Source: Eledone cirrhosa (Eukaryota). From it: a stretch of DNA of 64,000 bases. A program made the translations under genes and the position numbers. Of this stretch, positions 37,337 through 49,889 are shown one piece after another; position 1 is the first letter of the stretch; the number at the start of each line of letters is the position of its first letter. The notes below the pieces were generated by a model. It worked only from the letters and a program-made list of their open reading frames with translations, did no database searches and was not told where the DNA came from. The stretch is taken from the NCBI GenBank assembly GCA_964016885.1, contig OZ024741.1:204972001-205036000 (forward strand), written 5' to 3'.

Positions 37337-39985
37337 TCTCTGGCCGATAGATATCGACTAGATTTTCCGACTGTACCACTGTGGACGTGGACTAATCGCA
37401 GCGGAACATCTAGATCGTACCTAGATAGGGTTCTAGTTAGAAATAAGGATAGGGACATGTTAAGCTGTCCACAAATGTTCATGGTTGCTTTTCAGATCAC
37501 AAACTAGTGACCTGCATGGTCAACCTTGATAGAACCCATAGACAGGGACCCGGCTACTGGAAGCTGAACTTGTTGTTACCGACATGCAAAGCTTACAGGG
37601 CGGCGCGCCGAGAGGGGTTATGGCTTTCTGTCCATACCTCGAAGGCCTGCCGCGACTCTGGGACAGCGAGGCGAAGTTCTGCGAAAGGCCGATTTCAGCT
37701 GCTGAGCCAATGCGGCAAACGCAAATCTCCAGGTCTCGACGGTCTATCCTACGAATTTTACGTAGCAATGCCGGACTTGTTCTCTGTTCTCCTGGAAGCG
37801 GTCTACTGCAACTGGCAGTAGAACGGGAGAATTCTCAGTTCTGTGACCAAGGGCGTAGTCACGCTAGTCAGGAAGGATGAGAATAAGGGGGATGACAGGC
37901 AACTTCCGGCCCATAGCTCTGCTAAACACCGCGTTACAGATTTTGGCCAAGGTGTTGGCAAAGAGGCTGGCGCTTGTCGAAAACCTGGTGGGAGAAGCGC
38001 AGACATGAGCAAACCCGACCAGGTCCATACATGACAACCTCCACCTCATGCGATAAACCCGGCTTCGGTGGAGTCCTGATCAACTTGGATCAGTCTAAGG
38101 CTTTCGATAGGGTTGACCATCGTTACCTGGATGCGGTGCTCGAGGCGGCAGGCTTCGGACCCGTGTTCAGGGGCTGAATTGCTACAATGCACAGCAGCAA
38201 CATCTGCTCAAGGGTTAAGGTGAATGGCTACCTCTCGGAGCCGTTCCATATCATGCGATCCATCCGACAGGGATGCCCTCTCTCCTCCCTTCTGTACGTA
38301 CTAACTCTCGAGCCACTACTGCGGAAGTTGGAGCTATTGCAGGGCATCCCTCTGGAACTGGGACTGCGGAAAGCATCGTTGGCATAGGCCGACAACGTGA
38401 CTGTAATGGTGTTGAGCACCTCGCAAACCGAGGAAGTCGGCACCTTACTGAAGGAATACGAAAGGTTCACAGGAGCGAAGCTGAACCAGGACAAGTCTGT
38501 CTGTTTGCAACTCGGATCATGGAGAGGCAAACCGATGGCGTCGTCGGACGCTGGACGGAAGGACCGGTGAAGCTACTCGGGGTCTGGTTTGGTCCGGACC
38601 TCCAGGTGGAGAAAAACTGGAACGAGGTGACGGCCAAGGTGTTTGCACTCACCCAGAAGTGGGCTGAGTGCAAACTATCCTTGAAAGGTCGAGTGGAGGG
38701 GGCGAAAACTTTTATAGCGTCCGTCATCTACTACCACTTGACCGTCGTGCCTTGTCCAGCCAAAACGTTCACCAAAATGGAGCGCGCGCTCTTCCAATTC
38801 CTTTGGTAGAAGCGGGCTCCTTTGGTGAGAAGATCCATCTGCTGCCAACACCCTTCCAACGGAGGGCTGGGGATGCCGTGGCTGACGATGCGCAAACATG
38901 CTCTCAGGCTGCGGCACCTCCACGTATTCCTCACTGGACAACCAGTGTGGGCCTCATTCGTGAGGCTAGCCTTCCCACGACTTGTCTCGCTGACCAAGCT
39001 GCAGTCCTGGGTCAAGAAAAGACCGAGGAAAATGGGCGACTGGCACATCGAATGTGTTCAGGTGCTCACAGCCCTCAAGCAGGCAGACCCGGCGATCAGT
39101 GGAAACTCCACTTCGTCATTCTATAGAGGGTTGATCCGCAGCAAGTGCGACGACGCGCTCGGAGAAACTCTAGGCATAGAGGAAGATGAACTGGCCAGTC
39201 TGTTCGGTAGGACCTCCGCCCGGGACCGATGGACAACTTCCAAAAGTCCCTGACCTGGCAGTGCTACCGAGGAGCTCTACCAGTTCGAGACAAGCTCTAC
39301 AGACACGGGCGCCCGGGCAGGGACCCTTCGAAAAAGGTCTGTCCGAGATGCATGCGAGACGAAGAAACCGTCGCGCACACATGCGTACACTGCCCGGGCA
39401 TTACCGACCTGTGGGGCTATGTAGAACAACTATTGTCGCGGGTGGGACCAATCCGGTTGACCACCGAGTCCATTGTCATGATCAAACCGCCACCCTCCTT
39501 CAAAAACGAAAGAGAGGCGGTTTTCCTCTGTGTGATAGCTATGGCGAAAGAGGTTGTATGGTGGACGAGATTAAAAGGGCTGAGGTGAGACACCTTTCTC
39601 TCCGGCCAACAACTGATTCTTTTTTTCAAATACCACTTTGGAAGAAGAATCAGGATGGAGAGAGAGACGCTGTACCCCAGCAAGTTTTATGAAAGGTGGG
39701 TGAAAGTGGCGAGAATGGCCCGAGTGAATGGGCCTTCTCTCTATATCAGCCTGTAGGTTGAGGAAAGAGAGGAAGGGGGTACTCACTCTTCGTACTCCTG
39801 GAGATGAGGGTTGCACATTTTTTCGGGGGTATGTATTACCCATATGTAATGTCTCCCTCTAATGGGGAAAATCAATTGTTTTTTTAAATTGCATTTGTGA
39901 TATTATTTTACACGTTTTTATTGTATGTAAACTTCCCCCTTTGTATTTGTCCCCTTCTTTTGTGCCCCTGTGGCTAATAAAGAAA
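37337..39985 (+). mobile_element. Tx1-clade (L1 group) LINE, 5'-truncated, internally deleted and frameshifted
   Basis: WTWTN..SRSYLDRV, SDH and GPGYWKLN (APE end); KSPGLDGL, LDQSKAFDRVDH, RQGCPLS and KLLGVWF (RT); CPRC-x8-H-x4-C zinc knuckle; AATAAA at 39976 then (TATC)n. Confidence 0.9.
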
Positions 39986-40351
39986 CATATCTATCTATCT
40001 ATCTATATATATATGTTTATGATGTTACTGTATATTTCCAATTGTCTATTTTCGGACAATAGCAAAGTCCAAATCTCAACAGCAGTCAAAAAATAGGTAC
40101 ATAAATATATAGGCATTGTAATTTAGAGGATATTTGCATGATAATGATTAAAGAAAATGTAGATGAAAAGTATTGTAATTGATTCAAATGAATGTAAAAT
40201 GAAATAAGGCAATGTGTCAAGAAGGAAGAGATCAAAGAAAGCCCAGTATTCAAGTATCTTTACATAGAATGTTGTAATCAAGGAATTATTAAATATTTCT
40301 TTTACTATAAATCCAGTCATTTTTGACAAGTACTATGCTAGTGTGTGTATG

Positions 40352-40406
<55 letters not shown>

Positions 40407-41114
40407 CTGTATATGTATATGCAGGCATGGCTGTGTAGCTTAGGAGTTCATTTGGCAACCATATCATTCTGGGTTCAGTCCCACTTCATGGTATCTTGGA
40501 CAGATGTCTTCTACATCTTTTGGGTTGACTAATGCCTTATGCATGCAATTTGGTAAACAGAAGCTGCAGAAATCCATTGTCCCCCCATAGCGTAGCAGTT
40601 TTACAAAAGAGATCAATAAAATAAGTACCAAATTTGAAAAAATAAGTACTGGGGTTGATATAATAGACTGAATCAAAGTGGTATGTTTTCAATCATATCC
40701 CAATTGGATTACATTTTTTGAGATTTTTATAGTTTCATTATCATCATCATAACGTCCATTTTTTTTGCATGCTGTAATTGGTTGAACACAACTTTTGGCA
40801 GCAGTTCATCTATGGCCCAATGCCCTTTCTAACACCAACCCAATTTTATTCTTATGCAACTTCACTGAAGTTCCATATAGATGTCACCAGTTGCATTAAG
40901 CATTGTCAGTAATGTGTTTGCAATAAACTGACATACACACATGATGGGTTTCTTTAACAGTTTCCATTTACCAAATTCACTCCCAAGGCATGAGTCAGTC
41001 TGAGGCTAATAGGACACTTGCTGTAGGATAGAGTTTGAAACTATATTGTTGTGAAGCAAACCTCGTCACCACACAGCACATTCTTTTTCCTATAGTTTTA
41101 CTAATATTACTTCT

Positions 41115-41118
<4 letters not shown>

Positions 41119-41175
<57 letters not shown>

Positions 41176-41190
41176 TATATATATATATAT
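41119..41190. repeat. (CA)n + (TA)n microsatellite
   Basis: Direct reading. Confidence 0.95.
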
Positions 41191-42083
41191 GGGTGCGTGT
41201 TTTTTAAGGTTTTAGAAGAAATATTAGTCTCTAATAAATACTGACTTGGAATATTTAATTTGACAATATATACCAGGCCATATATGGGTCTATCTGCCAT
41301 TTGGTATTAAAATATTGACCTTCACAACACTAATTATAGTTTGTAGATTAAAGTAGGTTATTTACTAAACTATCAGCATACGCACACATGTTCTCCCCAT
41401 CGCCCTCTCTCTCCTTCACACACATACATTTGACAAGTATTATTTAATGTTAAAATTGAATGGAAATAAATGTTTTGAGGTGAAAAAATATATATTTTCC
41501 CCCTTACTCTATTCTCTTCCAAATTCCCCAGTGGAAGAGAGAAATTTTAAAATGTTTTTCTGAAATTTTAACAATAAATATATTGTCACATCAGAGGGAT
41601 TGTGCTGGGTGTTGTTGTTTTAGAGCAATGAGGAAAGCACTACATTATTCAATGTTTTCTCTTACCAAGATAATAGGGTCTGATTTGAGATAAATTTTGC
41701 TGCCATTTCTAGCAGGTTAAATGAACATTTAGAAGTTTCTTTCAATATAATGTTTGAAATAAATAAAAAGAAGTATATACTGGCGTGCTAGGAACAAAAG
41801 TAGCAACTAACATTTTGGAAATAACCTTCTCATAGGAAGTGAAGATTCCACCTAAAACATTAGTTTCTGCTTCATATGGTTCACCAACCATGACTACGTT
41901 TCTTTATATTTGCCATTTGATTTATGGTAATAAAGACTGTAGTCTACTAAGTGAGCTGTTTTGATTATTTATACATTGTTTTTATACAAAGTAAATTTGC
42001 TTAACTTGAAAATTCTGTTTCATTTCAGTTTTGCTGCAGCAGGTTGGGTTTTCTTCTCCCCTCCTATGTGAGTGGGTTACAAC

Positions 42084-42575
42084 ATGGCTTCAGAACTATT
42101 AGCAGACCCTTTCCACATGATGTGTAATTCTCCTGCTCCTGAGCCAACAAAGTCTGGCAAGAAATCATGGTTGGAGTTACGCAAAGCTGTTCGAGATACA
42201 CGTAAGGTTATCACTGGTCTTGCCAGCAGTGTGCCATCACAGTTTGTATTCAGGAAAATTCACACTGATACTGGTACTCTAACTCGGCTGTATTTTCTTG
42301 GGGTACCTGCAAAAAGTCGTGAGAACACCTTTCTTTATGTTGACATTCCTGAAGAATCTGTTGAACCAGTTCCTTACTTGACATGGAAACAACTTCTACA
42401 TCCATTCCAGATGATGCCTCTCTCTGGACACATGTCCAAACAAGAGCAGCTACTGCGGGAACGTAAAAGGCTTGGTGTTGTTGGTATTACTTATTTTGAC
42501 TTTGTTGAAAAGGAAGGCAAATTTGTGTTTCCTGCTCACAATAGTATGTTTTTTTGCAAAGATGATGGCATCAAT
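42084..42575 (+). CDS. DPP9: Dipeptidyl peptidase 8/9 family, first coding exon (164 codons; exon spans 42029-42575, ends in phase 0)
   Basis: KKSWLELRKAV, RLYFLGVP..SRENTFLY and SKQEQLLRERKRLGVVGITYFDF...FVFPA match the DPP8/9 N-terminus; acceptor tttcatttcAG at 42028; in-frame stop upstream of ATG 42084; donor GTGAGT at 42576. Confidence 0.92.
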
Positions 42576-42703
42576 GTGAGTATTATGTCTTTATTATAAA
42601 ATTCTGAATCTTGATTTGTATATTTGTGTTTTTGATTTATATCGATATGTCTTTCTCATATTTACTCGATATTTTAATGATTTTTATTATTACTAACTTA
42701 TTC

Positions 42704-43415
42704 AGGCAGTGGATTGGCAGTATCGGTAGAGCATCGGACAACATGCTTTATGGCTTAGTTACAACCCTTTACATTCTGAGTTCAAATCCTGTCAAGGTTA
42801 ACCAGTAATGCACTGGGGGCAGTTTAATCGACTTGCCCCTCCCTTAAAAATTGTTGGCCTTGTGCCTAAGTCAGAAACCTTTATTACTAGCTGGCTAAGG
42901 TAGTGGATTGGCAATGATTAGTGTGTCGAATAAATATTTGTTCTGGCTCTTTACATTGAGTTCTAATCTTGCTGGGGTCAACTTTGCCTTTCATCCTCCG
43001 AGGTCAATAAAATAATGTACCAGTAAATACTCGGATCAATATAATTAATTTCCTTTTCTCCCCAATTGTCGGCCTTGTGCCAAAATTAGAAACTATTGCT
43101 GCTGTGTGAGATGCAAAAAAACATTTCCATGTTATAAGTTAGTCACTACTCTCTCTCTCTCTTACCAATCACTTTTTAATGTAACATTTTTTTTATACAA
43201 CATGTTCTACAGATTTAAATCTTGATTGATTTGCTGTGTCATCCATTACTATGTCTCTATTGTTTCTTATTGTTACATAAAGTTTGTTCTGACTCTTTAC
43301 ATTCTCAGTTCAAATCTTGTCAGTTGATAAAGTACCAGTCCAGTACTGGGATCGATTTAACTGAGTCTTCCTTCGCCCAGAATTGCTGGCCTTGTTCCTA
43401 TGTTAGAACCCATTA
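42704..43415 (+). mobile_element. Cluster of three tRNA-derived SINEs (Nin-domain-like): ~42704-42880, 42897-43097, 43285-43415
   Basis: ggcagtggattggcagtatcggtagag head, gagttcaaatcc B-box, aactttgcctttcatcc and ggccttgtgcc tail. Confidence 0.75.
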
Positions 43416-43579
43416 TTATATAAAATTTTTCATATGTAGCACTTTCACATTGTATGCAGGACATTTTCAATTCCTTCTTTCCTAATTTTTGTTATTGATT
43501 AGTTTTGTTGTCATAATTCAATGACTTATATCAAAGACAATATAGGGTGGAGAGGTGTTTGGCTTAGAATGTGACACCT

Positions 43580-43850
43580 CTCTAGTGCTGGTGCCACAAA
43601 AATGCACCTAGTACACCCTGTAAAATGTCAGTTTTGGTACCACAATAAAATACACTCTGTCTACTCTGTAAAGTGATGGTGCTGGTGTCATGAAAAACAT
43701 ACCCTGTAAGGTGGTTAGTATTAAGAAGGGCAGTCAGCTGTAGAAACCATGCTAAATATGAATGTAGCAAGCAAGATTTGTTGCTCTGACCCATCTGTTC
43801 TTGGACTGACAAACTGCCCAATTCATGCCAGCATAAAGATGTTAAATAAT
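43580..43850 (+). mobile_element. RTE-family 3' UTR repeat fragment
   Basis: gtgctggtgccacaaaaatgcacctagtacaccctgtaaa subrepeats and aagaagggcagtcagctgtagaaacc. Confidence 0.65.
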
Positions 43851-44004
43851 TTTATATGACAAGTAAGTTTGTTTTGAAATAGCGGGCGAGTTTGAAATTA
43901 GAAATAGAAGCTTTTGACTAAAGAAATTTTAGCCTTATAGTGGGGTTTAGAACCCTCTAGGAAAAATGGAAAAAGATGACTATTTTATATATATATATAT
44001 ATCT

Positions 44005-45420
44005 CATCATTGTTTAACGTTCATTTTTCCATTGGTTGAACAAGTTGTCCTGTCGTGTGACAAGTCAAATCCAGTGACTAATGTTGCTCATACAGAACTG
44101 TTTCTGGCTTGGTTTCTACGACTGGATGTCCTTCCCAACACAAACTATTTACAGTGGAGACTAGGTGCTTTTTATCGTGGCACTAAAGTGAACAACTGAC
44201 AGGTTAGTTGAGGTAGTTTTTCTTCATGTCATCAGCATGGTCATCCTACAAGGTTGACTGAGTTGTTTTTGTTTTGTCACCAACCCAACTACTTTACAGT
44301 GTGGACTGGGTTCTTTTTGAAGGTCACCAACACAACCATTTTACAGGGTGGACTGGGTGTTTATTTGTCATGTCACCAGCACAACCACCTTACAGGGTGG
44401 ACTGGGTGCTCTTTTGTCATGCCACCAACATAAGCACCTCACAAGGTGAAGTAGGAGCTTTTAACCACTTTAGCAGCATTGTAGGTGTGTGTGTTCAGTT
44501 TTCCATGCTTGTATGCATGGGTTGAACAAGAAAGGTGTATCAAATGTGGAAAGTGGGGGGGGGGTATGCAGGATGGGGACTGGAAAGGTAGGTCTAAAGT
44601 GGCATACCTATCTGTTAAAGGGTAGTGTTATGGGGGGGGGGGGATATGGTGCATAGTAGTGACCTAGATGTTTTCTTCAACCCGTGCACATAGGAAGGCG
44701 GGTCTTCTGCAGTGCTGCATAACACCAGAGATCATTATCCTGTGTTATCACCTTTCTGAGGTGTAATTGTATGAGGTCAGCTTTTCATCCTATGCTTTCC
44801 ATGGTCTTCCTCTTCTATAGTTATCTACAACTTTGAGTGCCCTGCATCTTTTTATACAGCTGTCATCCTCCATATGCATCATATGTCTATACCAACACAA
44901 TCTCCTTTCCTGCACACTGCAGCTGACTCCTTTTATGCCTAATTTCTCTTTCAGTTCATTTATGCTTTGCTGTTCATGTATATTTCTATTACACATCCAT
45001 TGGAGTATGCAAGCTTCATTTCTTTCCTATCTTCATAGGTCCTCTGTGCCCAACTCTCACTATCATGCAACATTGCTGTTTATACACATGCATCATACAA
45101 TCTACCCTTCATTTTGAGGGATAAACCTTTTGTAGCTAGCAGGTTTGGAATTTTTTCTCTAATTCTGCCATAGATTCAGTCCTGAGAGTTAGATCATCAG
45201 CATACAGGAATTTCAGCAGCCTGTTTTAAACTCTTCTGTTATAGACTGGCAGATGATAATAAAGAGGAGAGGGCTAAGAACAAAGCCCTGGTGAACCCTT
45301 ACTTGCATGCTAAACTCCTCAATATAGTCATTATTAATTTTCACCTTGCCGACTGCATCTCAGTACATGACTTATGCTGCCCTCACAAGCCACTCATGTA
45401 CTCCTAGTTTCCTAAGTGCC
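44005..45420 (-). mobile_element. RTE-PHD family copy, degenerate, with subrepeated 3' UTR
   Basis: Tail catcattgtttaacgt; ~48-bp subrepeats at 44.15-44.47 kb; ELKEKLGIKG..RRLCWY..RGRPWK; RT GVHQG region near 45.3 kb. Confidence 0.8.
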
Positions 45421-45761
45421 CACCGGATTAAAGAATGGGGGACTGTCAAATGTTTTCTCCAGGTCAACAAATGCCAAGTAGAATGTGTATGCATGTATGT
45501 ATGTCACATAATAGTATTTTCCTTATTGAAATAAAACCTTTGTTACTAAGTTTCTTAAATAGTTCCCTAATAACTTTTGACATTTTATATTTATATATTT
45601 CTTATGATTCGAATATCAAAGCAATTTCAGATATTCAATGCCAAAATTTACATTTTGTAAGGGAAACATTAGCTAAATTTACATTTTTTTGTATGTATTT
45701 TTGTTTATAATAAATTATGCAGCCCCTATAGTCTCAATTATTACTAGTATTATTTTTTGTG

Positions 45762-45952
45762 GAATGGCAGTATCGGTAGAGGGTCTGACGCCATGCTTTG
45801 CAGCAAAGAGTTACGGCCCTTTATGATCTGAGTTCAAATCCCGCCGAGGTTAACTTTGCCTTTCATCCTTACGGGGTCGATAAAATAAAGTACCAGTAAT
45901 ACATAGTACCACTAGAATAATTGCTGGCCTTGCACCAAAAGTAGAAACAATT
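45762..45952 (+). mobile_element. tRNA-derived SINE (Nin-domain-like)
   Basis: tggcagtatcggtagag...gagttcaaatcccgccgaggttaactttgcctttcatccttacggggtcgataaaataaagtaccag. Confidence 0.85.
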
Positions 45953-46097
45953 ATTTTTTGTTAGCTAAAAATAGTTTATCAAATTGAAGAGATTTTTGAC
46001 CCTATGGAAATGACATGCTTCATTTACACCAGTCAATATTTATATTCATGAGGATTTATGTGTTACACTTTCTCCATCAATTGTTTTATATTCATAC

Positions 46098-46540
46098 ACT
46101 GTAAACGTGGTTGGTGTTAGGAAGGGCATCCAGCCGTAGAAAACCTGCTAGACAGACTTATATGAGCAAGACAACCAATCTTGCCTCAAGTGGGATAATT
46201 CCCGTCTAAACCCATGCTAGCGTGGAAGATAGACGTTAAACGATGATGATGATGATATGTCAACTTCTCAAGTGTTGATGACATGATAAAATGCACCCAG
46301 TATGTAAGGTGATTGCTGAGAGGAAGTGAACCCAGTTCTAGAAAATTTGCCAAAAGTAGTCGAGAAGACTTCAATTGTGTCAAGAGCACAGTAACCTCTA
46401 TTGTGTTGGTGACATGATAAAATGCACCCAGTACACCTTGTAAAGTGGTTGAGGATAGGAAGGACACACAGCTATAGAGATGACAACTTCCTTAGTGCTG
46501 ATTCCACAGTAAAATGCAGTGTGCTCTGTAAAGTAGGAAC
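46098..46540 (+). mobile_element. RTE-family 3' terminal fragment with (GAT)n tail plus degenerate UTR repeats
   Basis: cccatgctagcgtggaagatagacgttaaacgatgatgatgatg at ~46211-46257. Confidence 0.75.
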
Positions 46541-46639
46541 ACATGTGAGATACAACCTTCAGCTTATCCTTGAAACCAGTGGCTCTGATTAAGTGCTGAC
46601 TTGGTTTGTGATAACCTATTAAATGATGATTATTAATGA

Positions 46640-46812
46640 ATTGGCAGTATCGGTAGAGGGTCGGACACCATGCTTTCCAGCATAGTTACGTCCCGAGTTC
46701 AAATCCCGCCGAGGTTAACTTTGCCTTTCATCCTTACGGGGTCGATAAAATAAAGTACCAGTAATGTACTGGGGAATAGCTGGCCTTGTGCCAAAAGTAG
46801 AAACAATTATTA
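46640..46812 (+). mobile_element. tRNA-derived SINE (Nin-domain-like)
   Basis: Near-identical core to the 45762 copy. Confidence 0.85.
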
Positions 46813-47334
46813 ATTTAGTATATGTTTAAAAGTTTTTTAGAAAAAGTTTTTTAGAAAATGACTAACAATTATTAACAACTATAAGTATTAATGTGGTGTG
46901 GTAAATAAATATATACATATTTAACGAAGGGTTAAAATGAATTAAGAAATAATTATTGTTATTGGATTAACATGGTTATAGTTGAAATAACAATAATAAG
47001 AAGAATAGGGATAATAACGAGAATATAAAGAATATGCTGATTTGGTTATATATAGTTTACTTCACGTGAATCAATTAAAAAGTACATATAAAACAGTTAC
47101 CAAGAGTTGTTAATGTTATTGCTTCTGATGTGAGGCTGTTGTAGTCTGTTGTTGGTGTGAAAACAGCAAGGGACAGATAATTGTTGTTGGAATTTGGAGT
47201 CCATGGTAGTAGTTGTGAGACCGTAGTTAGTAAGAGAGAGAGAGAGATATGGTTTGTATATATCTGAATGGTCTGTAATTAGTTGTAGACCACTGTGGCT
47301 TGTACATGGTCTGTAGAGTACGGCTCAAATCTCT

Positions 47335-47588
47335 CTCTGTGTATCTGTAGGCCTCATGGGGTCTGTTGATGGTGGTGAATCCTTAGCTAGTTTGTTGTAT
47401 GTCATGGTGCTCCGATGTCTCTGTGTTTCTGTAGACCTCAAAGGCCTGAAGGTAGCGGTGAATCTTTATATAGTTAGTTGTGTATCCTAGCGCTTTGATA
47501 TCTCTGTGTTTTCTGTAGACCTCTGTGGTCTGAAGTTAGCGGTTAATCTTTACATAGTTAGTTATAGGTGTAATGTTCCGATGTTTCT
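47335..47588. repeat. Three degenerate 83-84 bp tandem units within a possible solo-LTR-like element (46897-47752)
   Basis: Units starting ctctgtgt(a/t)tctgtag at 47335, 47419 and 47502. Confidence 0.75.
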
Positions 47589-47754
47589 CCTTTTGTGGGA
47601 TGATAGCACAGGCTTTATATACCTGTCGCTTCCTGTCCCCCACCTTGAGGGGATAGCCAACACATCAACCTGTCTACACCAAAAAGGTGTTGAACTAGAA
47701 TTTAACCTTTAGGTATCACCCAAAGTTCAAGGCGTGGACAGATTTCGCTACACA

Positions 47755-48022
47755 TATACACCAGGTCCAAACACAATGGAACCAAACTCCCACTTCACTG
47801 CATCCGTCTATCTCCCATCTCACACCATTATAAGCAAATGGGGGCCCAAACGCTCGCAGCCCTGGCGGACAGAATAGAGAAGACATTTCCTGGGAAAATG
47901 GTGAGGGAGACATGCTGGAAGAGCCATTCCAGCTAGTGAGGCTCACACCTGTGGGTAGTCAACTCTATGGTGGTGAGTAGGGAGGTGGTCATAGCACCAA
48001 GGACACCAGAAGTCTCCACTAA
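47755..48022 (-). mobile_element. CRE-clade element 3'-end fragment
   Basis: 47880-48020 aligns by eye with 11519-11670 (ETSGVLG...LEWLFQ); 3' part shared with 58452-58560. Confidence 0.75.
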
Positions 48023-48115
48023 CTTGGGATAATCACTAGTCATTTTGAAACGTTATATCACTTTTCTTTTCTTTTTTGCTCTCTTATTTAATAGAATTTT
48101 TTTCCTCATATTCAG

Positions 48116-48121
48116 AGTAAT
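48116..48121 (+). CDS. Candidate 6-nt microexon (Ser-Asn) of DPP8/9
   Basis: Long pyrimidine tract + ttcAG | AGTAAT | GTAAGT; phase-0 compatible with the upstream coding exon. Confidence 0.5.
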
Positions 48122-48624
48122 GTAAGTACAAATCAATGTTTAACAGAAGTGCTTCAGGTTTAGATTTACTTTTTCCTCTTTCTGTTTTTATATTAGTAAT
48201 TTTTTGTCTAGTTCATCATAACCATCATTTAATGTCTGTTTTACCTACTAACAACAGTTGGACTTTCTAATTATATTAGTTTATACTCTCAATATTTAAC
48301 AGTATTAATGCATCTTCCACTTAAGTCATATGTGTTACCAGGCATGATTACATAATATAGGTAGCATATAGTCACAAACACTGATTGTGCACCATATATT
48401 ATATTTGCTTTGCTTATCTGTTTTTGTAAACACTATTCAAAGGTGTTTTCTTTAGCCTTTATCTGTCAATGACAATTTTTTCATCATCATTATTTTTGTG
48501 TCTACTTTTCCATGCTTACATAGGTTGGATGAGACATCTTGAGGCAGTTTTTCTGCCCTTCCCAGTATCTCATACTATTTCATAATTTTATATAAGAACT
48601 TTTAAGTTATATTACAAATATAAT

Positions 48625-48792
48625 AATTGTTTCTACTTTTTTCACAAGGCCAGCAATTACCCAGTGCATTACTGGTACTTTATTTTATCAACCCCGTAAG
48701 GATGAAAGGCAAAGTTAACCTTGGCGGGATTTGAACTCAGAACGGCAAGGGCCGTAACTCTATGCGTCAGAGCATGGCATCCGACCCTCTAC
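48625..48792 (-). mobile_element. tRNA-derived SINE (Nin-domain-like)
   Basis: Reverse complement of the 45762/46640 SINE. Confidence 0.85.
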
Positions 48793-49889
48793 ATTTCATT
48801 ATTACAAATATAATAATGAAATTATAATGTTAGTAAAGCCCTCCTAATTATTTATCAATTAATTGAAATGCAATGTGTTAAACAATGTATTTTATTAGAA
48901 ATATGGTCAAACCATGAAAAGTTCATGAGGATATGCGAAACTACATTATAAAACCATTTGTTCACAATAGCCCATACAGTGTTTTATTTTTTAATGTATG
49001 TAGGACCTTACATGAAAATTGTGGCATTTTAAATGCCTCTATAAACGAAGTGTAATAGTTACCTGTTTGTTCCACTAGATATTTCCCAGCTATATAAATC
49101 TTCATTTTGATACATGATGGAGATAATTGATCCAATTAACACACTGACCTGAATATGTCACAGTATTCAGTTTCATTTCTATCCGTTCTCAATGGTTTGA
49201 CCTTGCTTTTTATTCCTTCTGAAAAGAAAATATAAATACTTTCTGTAAGAAATTGGCTTTATCCTTGTGTTTATATCAGAATAGTCTTACTCTGTTAGTA
49301 GTGTATATGCTTGTAATATGTATGATATATCAAATTTAAACTTATTCAACTATTACTAACTATTAATAAATGATAAAACTGGATTTTTATTTTTTTTATT
49401 TTTTTTTTTTTATTTTTAAAATAGCTGTCTTACTTTCTGTTACTTTTTGCTAACATATTTTTGATGAAATATACCAGAATTAATGAAGAATTTGGAGGGG
49501 CATATTAAAATTATTTTATTTCAATAGGGCAGAAACGACAGGTCGGCTGGGATTATTAGTTTTATATATCTTAGGGAGGAAGTAGATGGTGGGTGTGTGT
49601 GAGGGTGGTATTAAGATAGTAATCCTTTAACATGGATGTTTTTGTTTCATAAGACACCAAAACGACTACATTACAGTGTGGATTGAGGACTGAGGTAGGG
49701 AAATGAGTGTATGTAGGGTGGGGATTGAAGAGGTATTCAAAATATAAACTTGGGATTTGACATCGAAATCCAGATATCATAATTTATATGCCTCTCCCCA
49801 CCATACCTTGCTTCTTATGTTGCTCTCACACTATATGACACAATGAAATATTGGCAGGAACTTATGACTAATATTTCTTAATATTTCTT

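Noticed and set aside
42576-42599. C-terminal VSIMSLL of the 175-aa ORF
   Set aside because: Read-through into the intron past the GTGAGT donor
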